A stretch of DNA of 62,217 bases, counting the filler. It is 5 parts of 5 records of this genome, joined end to end, with 100 filler letters (N's around TTAATTAATTAA, not from the genome) between each part and the next. Parts side by side here need not be neighbours in the genome. Positions count along the whole stretch, not along the records: positions 47,437 to 62,217 come from DRR723986_24436; 4 more parts are not named here. The stretch is one strand, 5' to 3'. Positions 59,921 through 62,217 of the stretch are shown here, in pieces (the first letter of the stretch is position 1; the number at the start of each line of letters is the position of its first letter). Made by a program: the position numbers and the translations under genes. The notes beneath the pieces were generated by a model. It ran no database searches. It had not been told where the DNA came from and saw only the letters and a list, made by a program, of their open reading frames with translations.

Positions 59921-61672
59921 GTGAACGCCAAAGAGCCACCTCGCGTTGCGTCACCAATGGCCAAGCATGGCTCCGGATCAAAGCAGACGAATATTCCGCC
60001 TAAGCTCAATCGCGAGCATACGAGCAAGGCAGACATTCAAGCCGCCGAACACAACGAGGCCGATCGCCAGAATCCAGACCCGCCAAAATTACAAGCGGAT
60101 CCACCGAGGATTGGCAAAGCGAATGCTGCTCCAACCATTACGCCCGATCAATCGATCAACGACGAGCGAGAATCGGAAACGGCGATAAGGGCCGCCCACA
60201 GTGTTGCCGAGCGAACAACTACTGATTCAGTTACCGAGCAGATCACTGCTGATTCTGAACTCAAGGAAGACAACTCCAAAGACCTACAGGCAGCCGCTAC
60301 CCAGGCAGAAGATATTGTTAAGCCCGGCTGGCTGGGCTGGCTGTTGCGTTGCCCGATTGCGGCAGCGGGCGTCGCTTGGCGGTTTGGCAGCATCGTGGTG
60401 CTCCTTGCTGTCGTGGCGGCCGTACCAATTGTACAGTTTGCAAGTCTAGGATACATCCTATTCAGTTCAGCTCGACTTGCCGAAGGACGCCCTTGGCGCG
60501 AGTGCTTGCCTGGTTCCACACTTGCGGGACGATTGGCGCAGTTTGCTTTGTGCGCGTTCGTTTTATGGTTGCCAGTGTGGCTCGTAACGGACCTCTCCTA
60601 CTCGGCACAATTGGTTGAACCCGGATCTGCAACTGCCGCGCGGTGGCGGACCGGAGCATTCTTGATCGCCGGACTCTGGATTACGCTTGTTAGCTGGGCC
60701 GCGGTGCGTGGCGGTAGGATCCGCCATTTTCTCTGGCCTGCACCGATACGATTTCTCACTCAAGCATGGCGGCCTAATACCTGGGCCGAAGCTAGCGATC
60801 GACTGTATCACGTGGCCGAATCGACAAACTTCGTCAAGCTTTGGCTTCTTGGAGTAAAGGCTGCCGTCGGTGCAATCCTTTGGACGGCGGTTCCCGTTTC
60901 ACTGATGGTCATTGGCTTGCGAAGTGATGGAGGTGCGACCGGTCTGGTGGGCTTGATAGGTGCGTTGCTGATGATGGTCGTCATGCTGTACCTACCGTTC
61001 CTTCAGATTCAGATGGCAGCCAGCGGTCGGTTTGTGGATCTTTTCGACGTCAGGAAAGTTCGGCGACGTTTTCGTTTCAGTCCACTCGCGCACGCATTCG
61101 CCCTTTTGGCTCTTTGCCTGGCATGCCTACCACTGTACTTGCTGCGCATCGAAGCAACTCCGGCGGCTCTCTTGTGGGCTCCGAGCCTCGTTTTTGTGCT
61201 CTTTATGATGCCCGTAAAGTGGCTTCTTGGTGCAGCGATGGGTTACGGGCGAACGAGGCAAATCGCTGGCCGAGTTCCGGCATTGCTGGACAGCGACCAA
61301 CTCGCCAAAAATGGTACCGTTGCATTCGGGCAATCTGTTGACGAACCAAAGATCGTCTCACCCCCAGCCGAATCCGTCCAAGCAGCACCAGTTCGTGAGT
61401 CCAATACGCCTGGCTCCGGGAACCAGGCGTTCGCTCCTCAGGCAACCACTTCCGAGGTCACCGCAATATCGCAGAAGCGGCGCGAGCGAAAGAAACGTGA
61501 ACCAGGCATCCGGCATTGGTCACTGCGTTGGCCCGCGCGAATCATCGCTTTTGCAAGCGTTGCGGTCTACGTTGGCTCTCTCTATGTCGCTCAATTGGTC
61601 GCTGGCCAAGGAATCTTGGTCATGTATTTTCAACACGCGTTCCTCGTGCCAGCACCGTTAATCAGTAGCTAG
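59921..61672 (+). CDS. Hypothetical multi-pass membrane protein
   Basis: Low-complexity N-terminus, several TM segments, C-terminal HAFLVPAP; start uncertain. Confidence 0.7.
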   Translation: MNAKEPPRVASPMAKHGSGSKQTNIPPKLNREHTSKADIQAAEHNEADRQNPDPPKLQADPPRIGKANAAPTITPDQSINDERESETAIRAAHSVAERTTTDSVTEQITADSELKEDNSKDLQAAATQAEDIVKPGWLGWLLRCPIAAAGVAWRFGSIVVLLAVVAAVPIVQFASLGYILFSSARLAEGRPWRECLPGSTLAGRLAQFALCAFVLWLPVWLVTDLSYSAQLVEPGSATAARWRTGAFLIAGLWITLVSWAAVRGGRIRHFLWPAPIRFLTQAWRPNTWAEASDRLYHVAESTNFVKLWLLGVKAAVGAILWTAVPVSLMVIGLRSDGGATGLVGLIGALLMMVVMLYLPFLQIQMAASGRFVDLFDVRKVRRRFRFSPLAHAFALLALCLACLPLYLLRIEATPAALLWAPSLVFVLFMMPVKWLLGAAMGYGRTRQIAGRVPALLDSDQLAKNGTVAFGQSVDEPKIVSPPAESVQAAPVRESNTPGSGNQAFAPQATTSEVTAISQKRRERKKREPGIRHWSLRWPARIIAFASVAVYVGSLYVAQLVAGQGILVMYFQHAFLVPAPLISS

Positions 61673-61748
61673 TTCGACAGATCTGTAGCTCGTCTGGCGG
61701 CGGGCTCGCGGTTGCTGAGTAGATGAAGCGGGCAAAGCGACTAGCAAC

Positions 61749-61787
61749 AAAAAAACGCCGAAGCCCAACAGTTGTCGGACTTCGGCG
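61749..61787 (-). terminator. Terminator downstream of tRNA-Ser
   Basis: CGCCGAAG / CTTCGGCG stem with an A7 tract on the plus strand. Confidence 0.75.
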
Positions 61788-61821
61788 CTGTGTGTCAAAG
61801 CATGTCAAATGCTCGACAGAG

Positions 61822-61903
61822 CGGAGGGCACGGGACTCGAACCCGCAACCCCTTACGGGGCACTTCATTTCCAATGAAGCCGCTAGCCATTCGCTTACCC
61901 TCC
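61822..61903 (-). tRNA. tRNA-Ser(GGA), CCA not encoded
   Basis: Acceptor GGAGGGT/GCCCTCC, anticodon arm CTTCA-TTGGAAA-TGAAG, long variable arm, TTCGAGT T-loop. Confidence 0.88.
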
Positions 61904-62217
61904 AGTTCAGAAGCTGTCTTCCCGGGGAGCTGAAGCTCCCAAGGCAGACTACTTCGTGCGAATAGTCATGGCGGAATATCGAGAAATAGTATCTCCAGTT
62001 GGCAATTTCGCAAGCCGAAATGCTCGCCGGCAGTTGTTCGCCATATTCGAAGAACGTCCTGACCACGTTGCGGCGACCTCAACAGGTGCAGCAAGGGGCT
62101 TGTTGACAAGGGAAAACCGATGAAGGGAAAACGATAACAAGCCGCTGAGAGCTGCGTTGTTGCCCTTCGCTGGCCTGCCGCAACACCCTAGAGCGGTTCA
62201 AGGCACGGTGTAGCGTC

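Overview
The window is five unrelated contigs joined by artificial 100-nt N/TTAATTAATTAA linkers (13997-14096, 29469-29568, 38222-38321, 47337-47436), so adjacency across linkers means nothing. Taxonomic guesses come from gene content and composition only. (1) 1-13996: alphaproteobacterial (Rhizobiales/Roseibium-like) core chromosome with nuoLMN, birA, rnj, mce, DUF1467, proS, lolE, lolD and dnaE, plus a LexA-boxed 32-aa SidA-like ORF missed by the ORF track and a probable sRNA antisense in the proS intergenic region. (2) 14097-29468: a mobilizable alphaproteobacterial plasmid with type Ib par, RepA and seven iterons, a VirD4-type coupling protein, MOBQ relaxase and oriT, followed by a defence/anti-defence cargo block. 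(3) 29569-38221: Rhodobacteraceae-type Tad/Cpa pilus locus. (4) 38322-47336: Bacteroidota (Algoriphagus-like) DNA with murF, a PIN toxin-antitoxin pair and a T9SS substrate. (5) 47437-62217: Planctomycetota (Pirellulaceae-like) DNA with DUF1501/DUF1549 genes and tRNA-Ser. The best candidate for an undescribed system is 22187-24048: a CapH/CapP-like repressor/metallopeptidase pair, with two clear operators, faces only two small DUF3892 paralogues where a CBASS or other defence operon normally sits. It lies between the relaxase and ardC, next to an AbiJ-like HEPN gene, a Cys-rich ORF and a type IIG R-M gene. All family calls are from motif recognition and recall, not database searches.
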